Shown here in pieces: positions 50,654-63,283 of a stretch of 64,000 nt of DNA. Position 1 is the first letter of the stretch. Every line of letters begins with the position of its first letter. This stretch comes from Massalongia carnosa (lineage: Eukaryota), in contig OZ287074.1 in NCBI GenBank assembly GCA_965645245.1, positions 868,001 through 932,000 on the forward strand, written 5' to 3'. The notes beneath the pieces were generated by a model. That model saw only the letters and a list, made by a program, of their open reading frames with translations, was not told where the DNA came from and ran no database searches. Position numbers and translations under genes: made by a program.

Positions 50654-52061
50654 TTAAGGTCGCCTCACAACCGTAACGCCGCTATCAGCGATCCGCCTCG
50701 CCATCCCATCCATCCCGTACTCATCCTCATCGTCGTCGGCATAATCCGTCAAGTCAGGCGTCCCCCTCGCCCTCGCCGCCTCCTCCAACTCCCTCCGCTC
50801 TAGCTCATCGAATTCGTCCTTCCGATCGATCCACCGCTCCTGCACGTCCCCTACGCTCAGCTGCCCCAATCCTTCCCTCATTGCCACCTGCCAAACCGTA
50901 TCATTGGCGCCCTCAGCGCCGCCGAACGCATACCCGCCCGCCCGATCGATCGCCTGCAGCAACGTCATCATACTCCGCTTATCCTCAACTGCCAGTGTCT
51001 CGAAGCCCACCAGGCCGAAATCCTCTACTAGCTCTACGATCGCGTGGTTTAGCCCGGCGAATTTGCCGTCTTGCATCGCTGGGTTCTCGGACGCGAGATG
51101 GGGGAGCAGGTAGGAGAGGTCTTGCACTTCGGTGTAGTAGTCAAGGTTGAACGGGAGAGGAGCGTAGCTGGCCAGCTTGTCGATTTTGGTCAGCACGTTC
51201 AGGTGCGGCAGGTCCATCTGCAGCATGGCGCGCAACGAGAGCAGGACGGTCGATATGTACAGTGAGGGCAGCGTGAGAGTGTAGGAGTCTGTTAAATGGA
51301 GGACCACCAGCTACATCGAATTCGGGGGGAATTGTTAACATAATCCTTGCCTCCTATTTCGAGGCGGAGAGGTTTGGGGGGAGGGTAGAACTAACTCTAT
51401 ACCCCATCTTCTCGATCCTCGCAAATATCCTCCGCAACGACCCATGATGCGTGAACAGCTCCACCTGGCCTGGACAATCGAATAGCACATAATCATCTAC
51501 TCCCACAAAAAATCAGCCCCCCGTCATTTGCCTTTCTCCAAATCAACAAACTCCCCTCTCTTCCAGCATCCCTAACCCTCCTCACCCCGGAAACCAACCC
51601 ACCACCAAAAACCAAAAAAGAAGAATCTTCTCACCTAGCCAAACCGTCTAAAATAGGTACATACCTCCCAACCCCCTCAACCCCCTTTCCAACCACTCCC
51701 CTCCCCCTTCCCCCTCCAGCTCCTCCAGCGCCCACAATACCGCCCCATTCGGCCCCAAGCCCTGCTCCTCCATCACCTCCTCCACGCGCACCACCTCGCG
51801 CACGTCGAGCGCGCAATCGTACCCCACCGCGCCTACCCCATGGCCGCCGCGTGGCCGTGCGCTAGCATGCTGGCCTACGGTGACGGCAGCGCCATCAGCA
51901 GACGAAGAGAGGGAAAGGGGGAAGGTCCCCAAGTCGTTCGCCGGATCGAGGTTGACCACGGAGCATTTCCGCCCCAGCGCGCTGAGAAACTGCTGCATGC
52001 CGGCGCAATAGGTGGATTTCCCGGAGCCGGGAGGGCCGATTATTAGTTGGGCGAAGGGCAT
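50654..52061 (-). CDS. GPN2: GPN-loop GTPase 2
   Basis: MPFAQLIIGPPGSGKSTYC, VNLDPAND, LGPNG, DYVLFDCPGQVELFTHH and LPHLNVLTKID..LPFNLDYYTEVQDL. Two clear introns. Confidence 0.94.
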
Positions 52062-52637
52062 GGTCGGGTTGTTTCTTGCTTTGGGTTGTGTCTGGTTTGG
52101 TTTAGTACATATGGGTGGCGATGGTGGGGTGGGGGTGGGGGTGGGGGTGGGGGTAAGGGTAGGGGTGTTGATTTTGGGAATCGTATGCGCGTGGGAGAAT
52201 AGAAAGAAGGAAGAAAGAGAGGGAGGGAGAGAAGGTGAGGGAAGTGAGGAGTCGGGATGGATTTGTATGCTGTAGCAGAGTGGAATGGGGTGATTTGTGA
52301 ATAGGTAGATGGATAAACATGAAAAGGTGGGACGTGCCCGCGGCACATTAATATGTAACGAAAAATACTCACCACGGACTGTAGATATTAACTCGTCCGC
52401 AGCAGCTAACATTTCCCACATGAAACCTCTACTCTACTCCTTCTTCCTTCTTCGTCCACATCTCCATCTACATACGTACATAAACACATTGTAGCTTCAT
52501 CTCCACCTCCACTTAAACCCTTCCTCATCCCCCGCCTCCGCCTCTTAAACTCCCCACTCGTCAACCAATCCTTACTCAACTCTTCTTCTACCCAACACCC
52601 CCCACCCCACCAAAACACCAAATCCAAACAAAAAAGG

Positions 52638-54081
52638 ATGAGCGCTCGTAAGTCCTGCTTCCCACTAAGCCTCCCTAAAAAACCCCAACTAACTTTTACC
52701 CCCCTTCCCCCTTCTTTTCTCAGAAACCCAAACCGAGCTTTCCTCCCCCCCCCAAGACGCCATTTCTAGCCTCCAATTCGCCCCCACAGGACCTCGTCTC
52801 CTAGTCGCATCCTGGGATCGGAACGTTTACCTGTACGACACCAGCACTGGCGCCAGTGCTGCCGCCGAGGGTGGGGGCAGGGGGGATGGAGAAGGAGAAG
52901 GAGGAGGAGCGGGGGGGAGATTGGTGAGGGCGTTTTTGCATAGGGCACCGGTGTTAGATGTGTGTTTTGGGGAGGAGGCGGAGGAGGAGGCGTTTACAGC
53001 CGGGTTGGATTGGGACGTTAGACGGTGAGTGAATCTCTTTCGTTTTGGGTTCCTTTTTTTTCTTTTTTTCTGGAACAAGGGGGGTGGAGGGTGGCTTAGA
53101 AGGTTGTAGGGTTTCAATTGGTGTCGGGGGGGGGGGGGGGGGGGGGGGGGATGAGGAGGATTGAGGAGGCTTGTGTGGATGTAGAGGGAGGAGAGAGGGT
53201 TTCGGAGATAGTCTACTACATCTATGGTAGGGGAGGAACAGGGCTAAAGAGTTGATGTGTTTGTTCTTTGTCATTGCAGAATCGATCTTGTTTCCGGTGC
53301 ACAGGCCGTGCTCTCCAGCCACGCCGCCGGCGTCAAATCCGTCGCCTATAGCCCAACGCATAAGATCCTAATCTCCGCCTCGTGGGACTCGACGCTTCAC
53401 ATCCACCGTCTACACGATCCGTCCGCAGCCCGCTACGGCTCCGTCACCCTCCCCGCGAAACCCTTCTCGATCTCGCTCACCCCGACGAAGCTCGTCGTGG
53501 CCATGGCCTCGCGCGCCCTTCACATCTATGATCTCGCTGCCCTCGCCGCGGAATCCTCCCAGCCGTCTTCGAGCCCAATATCGCTTCAGATTGAGCCCTG
53601 GCAGCGCCGGGAGAGCGCGCTCAAGTTCATGGCTCGGGCTGTGTCCTGCATGCCTAACGACGCCGGCTACGCGAGCAGCAGCATCGAGGGCCGTGTTGCG
53701 GTGGAATGGTTCGATCCCTCCGCGTCGTCACAGGCCCGCAAATACGCGTTTAAATGCCACAGGCAGGCGTCACCCGAGGGCGTCGACGTCGTGTATCCCG
53801 TCAACGCACTGGCGTTCCATCCAGTGCATGGTACGTTTGCGTCGGGCGGTGGAGACGGGTTGGTGTCGCTGTGGGATGGGGTAGGTAAGCGCCGAATCCG
53901 GCAGTACCAGAGATATGCCGCGAGTGTGGCGGCACTGAGCTTTTCGGGGGATGGGAAGTATTTAGCCGTGGGTATTAGCCCCGGCTTTGAGGATGGAAGA
54001 GAAGGGACAGGGGATGGGGTTATAAAGGTCTTCGTGAGGGAGCTGGGAGCGAACGAGGCTAAGGGCAAAGGAGGTAAATGA
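52638..54081 (+). CDS. BUB3: spindle-checkpoint WD40 protein Bub3
   Basis: PPQDAISSLQF..LLVASWD, RRESALKFMAR, SSIEGRVAVEWFD..KYAFKCHR, YPVNALAFHP.HGTFASGGGDG and KRRIRQY. Two introns. Confidence 0.92.
53126..53150 (+). repeat. G25 homopolymer in BUB3 intron 2
   Basis: Read directly from the sequence. Confidence 0.9.
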
Positions 54082-55553
54082 TAAATGGAAGCCAAAACTC
54101 AAAGCTGGCCTTAGTATCCAATGAATGGCGGTCCAGACTGAGTGTTGTTGGGGGCTATGTTGCCCAATATCTTTCAAATCCGTGACAAATAGGTATTCGG
54201 AAACAATACTGGTCGATCGCAGCAACGATAGCTGGAGATCGAAGCATCCTAAGTCATGCTACTATAATCCTCCGACGTTTTTATCCAACACCAAGTCTTT
54301 GGCGGCATATCAAGACGGTGTGGCTTTCTCTGTCATTTGCTATTGACCTGATATTCACCCACACATCAACAGATTGCATCCAAGAAATCCTGGCTATTCT
54401 TTGGGGGCTGCCTAGTTAAGAATTAGGTTGGCTGGAAGAAGCAAGGCTGCAAATCTAAGAACGTATGCCCAGATGCCGATTGGACGGCCCCCATGATTTT
54501 TTGATTATCGCAATAAAATCGATATTGCCATATGCAGCTCGTGGTAGGTCCTGGTGATTGAAATCAAAGATATATAGTTGCATTTCGCCCTTATTCTGTG
54601 AACATTTTGTCGTCTGTGCTCTCACTCTCACTTGCTGTCTCTCTGTCAGGTTGCCGCTGACAAATCCTTTGAGGATGGATACCAGTTTCCCATTCGCCAG
54701 CATAATGCCTCGATCTGCTTCTTGGGGAAGGAGGCTGTGCGATTGGCTCACCGCCGACCCAGAAGCCGGCTGACTGCATGTGTTCATTTCCTAAGATTCT
54801 TCTCAAGTCCTCCGGTTTCCTCAAAAGCATACTTCACGGTCGACTGGTTGCGGCTTTCAATCTAGAACACTTCCTCTTCGACTGCCCCGCTCCCACAAAC
54901 CAGACTCATTGGTGCCCAATACCGGAATCCTTGAATCTGCAGCTCAAGACTGATTGGCCACGATCCATTCAACTCGTCACATGTCGTCCAATGGCATGCT
55001 GTACAGCTTACCGGTGTATATTTTACACCGCCAGCACACCATTGAGCCTCAAGATAGGCTCATGAGCTCGGCGGGCTCCGGTTTTTGGTTACTGGACTCG
55101 GTATTTTTCATTTAGTCTGGAGTATTCGATCTTTTGCTCCAGCTGCCTTTTGACGGCGTTTCTTTGCCTGATAACGCTCATTGAGTTTTGCTGGTTTGTC
55201 TGGAGACTACCCAATCACACCCCTTAAACCTGATCTCGATTCGCTGCACCTCCGACTAAGTTAGAATGGATGACTCTTAGACTTTCATATTCCGACTGAA
55301 CGACAGCTGTCTCTGAGCGGTGCTTTTTATCAACGGAGCACACACGAGAGCACGATCAATCACATCAATACAAGAAGAGAAATCGGTCCTTGGCTTTTGA
55401 ACCCTTAGCTGTTTCGTTACCTCATGGTTATTTGAAAAAGTGCGTGCACGTACAGTCTGCCCTTTCCACACGAGAGATTACGCAGTTCTAGTTGAAAACG
55501 ATCTGTGACAGTTTTGCTTGTTGTGAGCATTCAAGTTGCTACAAAGGCAGACC

Positions 55554-56181
55554 ATGTCGGCTCCCACATGTCGGCTAGATGTCGCCGGTGTGATTCTTTC
55601 AGAACCAGATTTTCTGATTACCTTGAACGGATCAGAGTCAGCCCGTTCATCAAGGATGGAAAACTCTTCAGAAATATATGATTCATATGCGAAATCACCC
55701 ATGCCATTCCTGAGCGCTACCAGAGAGCTTGGCAGCTGGATCGATGATGTAGTAAAGTGTACAAACCACCCGCAGCTTGAGCTGCCGCATCTTGGGTCAA
55801 CCACCCCCGAAGAAGCCCGTGCGATCATCCAAGCTATCGATCGCGCCCAAGGTAAGAGGTGTGAAGGAGTTATCTTATAGCTTTTGACTAAAATTTTTGA
55901 TAGCGGCTATCGAGTCGCTGAGCGGGTTTGAAACCACGCAAGCTTATCCAAATCCCGCCCTGCTTGGTCTTCATCAAGGCACTCCCCGTCGTAGGCAAGG
56001 CCTTGAACCCCTCCATGGAGCAGGAAAGAAGATGAAATTATCCCAACCAAATCCTTGTGCTTTGCGAACCAATCAAAGACGACAGGGAAACTCCGTTCAT
56101 GAGAAGGGAGATGCTCGAGGCCAACGAGGCCTTGATGAGCACGGGTATACTCAAGGATCGGTGAAGCATCCTTTGGCTTAA
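55554..56181 (+). CDS. orphan hypothetical protein, 2 exons
   Basis: ATG at 55554. Intron 55852-55903 (GTAAGA..TTGAC..TAG) joins ...IIQAIDRAQ to AAIESLSG... in frame. No family recognised. Confidence 0.45.
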
Positions 56182-57057
56182 ACCATGTGCCTAGGCCCAT
56201 ACTGCTTGCGCCTATCATTTATTTTCGTGATCTTATCGATCTAGTTTTGGACATACAGGATCGTGGGTGCCTTAGGGCACGGGCATAGGTCGCACTTTAA
56301 TGAGCAGTGCGACGACTATCCGGAAGATATTTAGAGATTAGCGAAACCTTAGACGACGTCAATAGTGCGTTTTTAGTGTCTGTATGTTCACTACATATTT
56401 GAGGTTTTTTTGGGGTGTCCATAGCCAGTTCATAGCCGTTCCATTGGGTGTTTCACTTCTTGAGCACTCATAGGTTACGTGTGATCTCACATTACTTCCC
56501 GCCGCGATCGCCCGACTATCTGTCAGGAAATATCATGCATGCATGACATACGCGATCTTCGCTTCAGTCTGATCATGCTGCAGCCCTGTAGCTTGTATGT
56601 CTTACAGAAAATTCTCGTCTAATAATGTTTTTGATAGATTCTCCTAAGTGACAAGGAGCTCCTGTGAAGAATTGTTTAAAGCCGTCGTCTTCGACATCAG
56701 GACGAACAAATACTAGATCTTTTGTAGTGTCATCAATACTTATGTGTGTTTGTTAGCTGCGGGTTTTCCTTAAAAGACCCTCTACAGTTAACTACTCTCT
56801 TTGTCCGATAAACGAGTATTGCTTACTTGCGACCTTTGACGTTTCCCAAAGAAAGACGTGAGAGCGACAGACCCGAACCTTTGACCCAGACCACAAGGCC
56901 TATATCATGATGTGGAAATCTTGCCAATAATTGGCTGCGGGGAATATGTTTTGCTAGTTGCCTCTTGGAGCTGTGCTGAGGACTTAATCGGGATTTCTAG
57001 ATCCATGCAGAAAGTCACTCATGAAGCAACGGCAACGACAGCCTGCTTTCGGCCACG

Positions 57058-58072
57058 TCATTTGTCTAATCCCCTGGCTTTCACGAAGCGTGCGATTTGT
57101 TCTTTGCACGTTTTCTCATTGTACTGCTCCCGAACTTCGTACAATGAAATAATCTCCTGGGCACAATCGACAACAGCTTTGATGTCAATCTCACCTTCCG
57201 CAAGCCAGCTAACCAGATTCTGCACCTTGACCTGCGAGGGGTTTGCTGCAGATGAGCCGGCGCCAGATGTATCTTTAGGTAACTGGGATGCTGTTGCTAG
57301 AGCTGCCGCAGTGCTAGCTGCGGCTTGAAGTCCAGCCTGTGTTGGTTTCAACGTGAGAGCAAGAAATATAGCCGTGACTGCAATTACGTGCGGAGGAAAA
57401 AGAAGAGGGAGATCTGTCAAATAGTGATCGTTGAGAATTGACCAGGCAAGAGAAACATCCTCTTGACCCATATTTAAAGTGTTTTGGAGATCTTGCAGCG
57501 TCCGATATGGATGGTGAATAATGAGCTGAGAGTTTATCTCCGCAATCAGAGAAAACTCGCTTTCTCCGAGTTTGGAAACATCCGAGATGATAAAGTCTAG
57601 TAAGTGGTTAGCGGAATGGGAGCATCAACGAGAACTGCTTAGAGAACCTGGCCACATGTTGCGAGCTTCGCTGACAACGACTCGAATATGCTGTGGGCAT
57701 TCTTCCATCTTACAAGCTAAATATAAAGCTGTGGCTAGCATGAGATAAGGGTTCGTGGACCGGATCTCGACTCTAGTGTAATATCTTCGAACGTAGACTT
57801 GCGCTGTAGCCAAAGCCTGCTGTCTGACAGTCATACGCTTTCCAAGCTTTGTGAGTTCTAATTGAACTGCAATTTAGGACCAAATGGCAAATTGACGATA
57901 GAAATTACATACGCTGGTTAAAGTAAATGCTGAGAAGACGCCAATCTGGCAACGGGTATTGCTGCACTAGATTCCGGTCCTCGTCCTCCAGGCTTTGCCG
58001 AGTTTCAGAAAGGGCTTCATTTGTGAATTGCCAGTGACGACGTTGGGTTGATGCCCAATAATTGGCAGCCAT
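57058..58072 (-). CDS. SSN8: cyclin C, Mediator kinase module
   Basis: [53 protein letters not shown] and [23 protein letters not shown]. Two introns. Confidence 0.96.
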
Positions 58073-58590
58073 GAATCGTAGACAGCACTTTAAGAGTTTG
58101 CTCAACAAGATATACGTCGTCAATGGGCAGCGGAGATTGGGGCATTGAAGGAGTCTTACCCGGTGACAGCTGAGGAAGTTATGATGAAGATATTGATGGT
58201 GCTTTTGATTAAGTGTAAGAGGAATTTACGGTCTGAGCAGATTTCTATGAAGAATCAACAAACTCGTTCAATGGGTTCGGTGCTAACGAAAGATTTCCGA
58301 GTCTCACGGAAATGAAAGGTAGATGTTTATATAGGTAGATAGATACAAGTGGTTGTAGCAAACGCAGTAGAGTCCATTATTTACAACAAATAGATGATGA
58401 AATCTCAATCTCCAACACTTCAACCCTTTGGATGTTGCAAAACGCCGTTTGCCGTTCAGTAGATACCGCCCTTCTATGGATACGTGAAGATGGTCCCCAT
58501 TCCTGGAAATATGAGATCTATTTCATCTCCATGCGCCATTCCAGTTGTTCCCCGAACAAAGGGTGGGGGAACACAAGGTGACAAGCTTCT

Positions 58591-59541
58591 TCAGGATCTG
58601 CCTGACTGCTCCGTTGTCATGGGCTTGTCATGCCTTAAAATGAAATCCACCACAGCTTCTCGAAACGCCTCAGGCTTCTCGGAAATCACCCAGTGACCGC
58701 AATCAATCTCACGCAATTCGAAATTTGGGAAGAAGCTTCCAATTATGGGCAGCACATCGTCACCCATGTAATGGCTCCTCAAACCTCGAATGAATAGCGT
58801 GGGACCTTCGTACCGTGTTTCGCTGGGGTCTTTAAAAGGAAAACCTCCCATCTTGTCTAGATTTTCCGCAAGAATATTTATAGGAATCCGGAGACGAATG
58901 TGATTCGCCCCTGCTGCTCGAACAAGGTTTGTGAGTAAGAACTGACGGATGGGCAATGCTTCTTCATAGGATTTCAAAATATTGTTCGCATCGGTTTGCT
59001 TGCAGACCTTTGCATTTTCGATCTCCTGCATACCTTTGACATACTTTAAAAAATTACTTTTGAGAGCTGCAGCAACCGGTGCGTTGTCAACAGAAATCAT
59101 GGCTTTCAATAAACGAGGAGACTGTAAAGCAATAGTCATGGCAACCTTTGCCCCCATTGAATGGCCTATAACTATTGGCGATTTCAAGCCATGGGCTCTA
59201 ATGAATTCCTCAACGTCACTGGCCATGGCAGCATACGTGTGGGTGGAATCATGAGGAGAGTCTCCATGATTTCGCAAGTCAAGCGTGTAGACCGACCTCC
59301 GAAGATCTCGAGCGAGTACTTTACCGATACTTCGACTGTTGCTTTTTGACCCGAACAAGCCGTGAAGGATAATCAGAGACTCTGACGGTGATTTAGCCTT
59401 TGCTTCGGGAGGTTTGTGCAAGATGTATGCAAGGCTCAGATGCCGAACGCATGTCGCCTTTCTTGGTAGACCAAGATAACCAGAGCGTGAGGTACGAGAG
59501 AAAGTCCAGTTAGCAGACCAGATCTTCAGCTGTTTTGCCAT
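58591..59541 (-). CDS. ABHD11-like mitochondrial alpha/beta hydrolase
   Basis: HGLFGSKSN, DLRNHGDSPH, GHSMGAK, VDNAP, IRQFLLTNL and GHWVISEKP. A basic N-terminal presequence-like stretch follows the first ATG at 59541. Confidence 0.92.
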   Translation of the reverse strand: MAKQLKIWSANWTFSRTSRSGYLGLPRKATCVRHLSLAYILHKPPEAKAKSPSESLIILHGLFGSKSNSRSIGKVLARDLRRSVYTLDLRNHGDSPHDSTHTYAAMASDVEEFIRAHGLKSPIVIGHSMGAKVAMTIALQSPRLLKAMISVDNAPVAAALKSNFLKYVKGMQEIENAKVCKQTDANNILKSYEEALPIRQFLLTNLVRAAGANHIRLRIPINILAENLDKMGGFPFKDPSETRYEGPTLFIRGLRSHYMGDDVLPIIGSFFPNFELREIDCGHWVISEKPEAFREAVVDFILRHDKPMTTEQSGRS

Positions 59542-61168
59542 TAGTAAATGAGACTTGAAAAGGTTGACGAGCAAAATCCCGGATTTACATAACCAATGCA
59601 AACTAGTTGGGCGCCAATTATCTCACAGCGGAACATGCCGTTCCGTAACGACTTACCCCTGTTTCTCAAATGCCAACGCAAGCCAAGTCAAAACTACCGA
59701 CGACCACGTAACCGGTTTTGGTTTGCTCTATAAACTTCATTTTTTCAGAGAACGGTATTAAAAAGCTTTTTATTCAGCTATAATATTGAAACCTATGATG
59801 TTTGGAGAATCAGGGTGGCATTGCCTGTAAACATGAGTTTTGCCCCAATCCGGACAGCTACCCCTACATCCCTTGGTAAACCAAGTTCGTCACTATTGTG
59901 AGGAAATCATCCAACGTACAAAAGTTTGGGACTACCAATCTATTTTCTTTCTTACCATACAATGTCTATATTGCAACCCATCTTTTCTTGCGAACCGTGC
60001 GAACTTACTTGGACTTGGTATTTTGAATTTTCTATTCGGTACAGACCTTAGTCCACCCAACTATTGATCCCTAGTATACTCACTATTCATGCGCTGTATA
60101 CTCCTCGGAAGAAGATCCCGAAGGCAGAAGTCTAAAGGCAAAATCAAATAGTCCTTAGATCTAATCTCGAAGGATTCTTCCTTCAATTGGTTTCCTAAAG
60201 CACCTCATACATGAGTCCCGTTGAGTTCCTTAAGATTCAACATTCTTTAAATAGTTATCCGTGCTCTCAGCTGTGTATTTTCTTTCACCATGGATCCATC
60301 TTCATCCTAGTGATCTTTTCCATACTAGTGCTATACAAAGCACTTTACCAATGAGGTCCGAAGAATTTCCCAGAACTGACGAGATAACGTTGTAAAAAGA
60401 CCTTCTGGCTTTACATAGCACACGTTCTCTGGTGCAAGTTGTCTGTGCTTGATTCACTTTGAATGAGTACGAAGAAAAATACAGTTTCATGTTAGATCTG
60501 TCCATGGGGCATTTTTCATGGGGCATTGTATCACAAGCAAGTAGAAATCTGGTTTCCAATGAAACTGCTCAAGACATTATAGTCGAGTCCCTCCTGATGA
60601 TGAAACTCACAAGGCCGGTGAGCGCTATAGTCTCTTCTCTTTCGACTCACTCAATATAGACTATACCGTTACAAGGAGACTAGGAAGACATCCTAGGTTC
60701 TAAAGAGGTGGGTAACCGGATGATGATAGATTGAAAAAGATTTTCTTTAGATGAGTGAAGGACCTCCATACACCTATTATAAAAAGGTTCACGTATTAGT
60801 TTGTCCTTTCTTGACCTATAGTGTTACGTTGCCTAATCAGCCGGGATCTAGGCGTGCTGATGAATGCATGACACCGTTATTGATACCACCACCAAAAGTG
60901 CGAAAAAATAGACTAACGATGCTTGGGTGTGGAATGCTCGGATGGGTTGACTTTCGGGCCGATGTATCTCCGAAGAAGTAGCCCCACGGCTTCAACTCTT
61001 TAGCAAACCACTTTAGCAAACCACCAGAATGCTGATTGAGAAGCTATTAACCGCACGACAAGGTTTACCAAGGACTTTATAATATTGTTTTGCTGCCTTT
61101 TCGACACAAGCAAACCACCAAATAGCAGTCATGAGTAAAGAAAGATAACCCGAGTAGCGATATTGGCG

Positions 61169-63283
61169 ATGGATCGCGAGGATCAGCACGCCCAAGATGC
61201 ACGGGTGGAAAAACTATGGCATATTCTTGACACCTGTAAAAGAGGGCAATTGAGCCTTAACGACTTAAAGAAGGGGCTAGCAATATTGGATCATCGTAAG
61301 TTTAGAGTTGCAAGGCTCCCTGAAATGCTAATCGTGGTGGTAGCTCTGAAGAATGCAGACTCTCTTCTTAAAGACGTCTTGAAAGCCGTAGATACTGATG
61401 GAGACGGGCATATACAGTACTCTGGTGCGTCCTACTACCTCAGCCATAGCACAGCATGGCTGACTCAAGGGGTGAAGAGTTTCGGACATTTGTGGAGCAA
61501 ACAGAGAAACAGCTTTGGCAGCTTTTCAAAAGCATTGATCATGATCGCAATGGTCAACTAGACAAAAATGAGTTGAGGACAGCTTTCCTCCGCGCAGGGC
61601 TCGCAGTTCCAAATTCTAAACTTGATCAATTTTTCTCTGAGGTGGATAGAAATCATGATGGTGTTATAAGCTTTGATGAGTGGAGGTTTGTTTGTTGCAA
61701 TTCGCGCAGAAATAATGCTGGCTGAATATAACTCAGGGACTTTCTGCTCTTTCTCCCGGCGACTAAGCCCAACCTGAGAGCTGTGCTCTCATACTACACC
61801 TCGACGGTGAAGCTAAATGCCGAGGGGGACGTGCATGTATCGAATGATACGGTAGAGGGACTAGGTAGACATCGCTTTCCTACAGCATTATTTGGAGTTC
61901 TTGTAAACCTTACCAAAATTCCTCCGTCCATATCTCCCTCCATAGGTACACCACCGCCAATTAATGGGGCGAACACCAATCCTCCTGTAACGGAGGTACA
62001 GCCAACTTTGTTCCCCTGGGAACCAGGAGATTTGTCCCACCAAGAGCCGGACGTGCTCCAGTCTGCAATATCCGTGGAGATTATTCTTGCGTCGAAGAAG
62101 AAGGGCTTGCTGACGGATCTATTGCCTGATCCAGGCTACTTTCTCGCCGGTGGCGTCGCGGGTGTCGTATCTCGAACTGCAACTGCCCCTTTAGATCGTC
62201 TCAAAGTCTACCTTATCGCGCAGATCGGGAGCAAGGAGGAAACGGTGCAGTCGCTTAAGGAAGGGGCACCGCTGCAGGCTGCTAAAAAGGCATCACGCCC
62301 GCTGGTCGATGCAGGAAGAGCCTTATGGCGTATGGGAGGGATCCGGAGTCTTTTCGCCGGTAAACTAGTCTGGCAGTAATGGTGTGTCGTGCTGATTCTT
62401 TGGTAGGCAACGGGCTTAACGTGATAAAAGTCATGCCTGAATCGGCGATAAAGTTCGGCTCCTATGAGGTACTGAGATTGTTTCGCTCTGCTGATGATAG
62501 CTAACGTAAGCTACAGGGCTCCAAAACAGCATTAGCCAAACTTGAAGGGCATGGGAATCCCAAAAATCTCAAACCATGGTCTCAATTCTTTGCTGCCGGC
62601 ATGGGGGGCATGATATCTCAGTCAGCTTGATCGCTCGTTACCCTTGGGTAATAAGCGCAATACTCTAACCTACTACTAGATTCTGTATATATCCTCTCGA
62701 CACACTCAAATTGTATATCTCTTGAGCAATTCTTTCTTCGAATCAATCGACTAACCTTTCTAGCCGCATGCAATGCGAAACCGTTGAAGGCGGCCTCCAC
62801 GGCAACGCGCTCATCCTTGCTACCGCCCGTAAGATGTGGCGCACGACGGGCATCCGCTCCTTCTATCGCGGCCTCCCCATGGGTCTTATTGGCATGTTTC
62901 CCTACAGCGCTATCGACCTCACCACTTTCGAGTATCTTAAGCAGTTCATCACGCACCGCAATGCCGTGGCTCGACACTGTCACGAGGAAGATGCCAGCCC
63001 TGGGAATGTTATGACGGCCGGGATGGGCGCGGTCAGCGGCGCTATGGGCGCTAGTATCGTTTACCCCATTAATGTACTTCGGACTAGGCTGCAGAGCCAG
63101 GGAACGGCAACCCATCCACCTGTTTATACGGGGATGTGGGACGTCACAGTGAAGACGGTCAAAGGAGAGGGGATTCGAGGTCTGTTCAAAGGGATCACGC
63201 CAAATCTTCTAAAAGTGGTGCCCGCTGTCTCGATAACTTACGTCGTGTACGACAACTCAAAGCGAGTGCTCGGGCTGAATTAA
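61169..63283 (+). CDS. SAL1: Ca2+-binding mitochondrial ATP-Mg/Pi carrier
   Basis: EF-hands (DTDGDGHI, DHDRNGQLD, DRNHDGVISFDEW) followed by three carrier repeats (PLDRLK, PLDTLK, PINVLRTRLQ). Multiple introns. Confidence 0.93.

Noticed and set aside
59760..60700. short ORFs between the hydrolase and SAL1
   Set aside because: There is no domain or consistent exon chain. It is treated as a divergent intergenic region.
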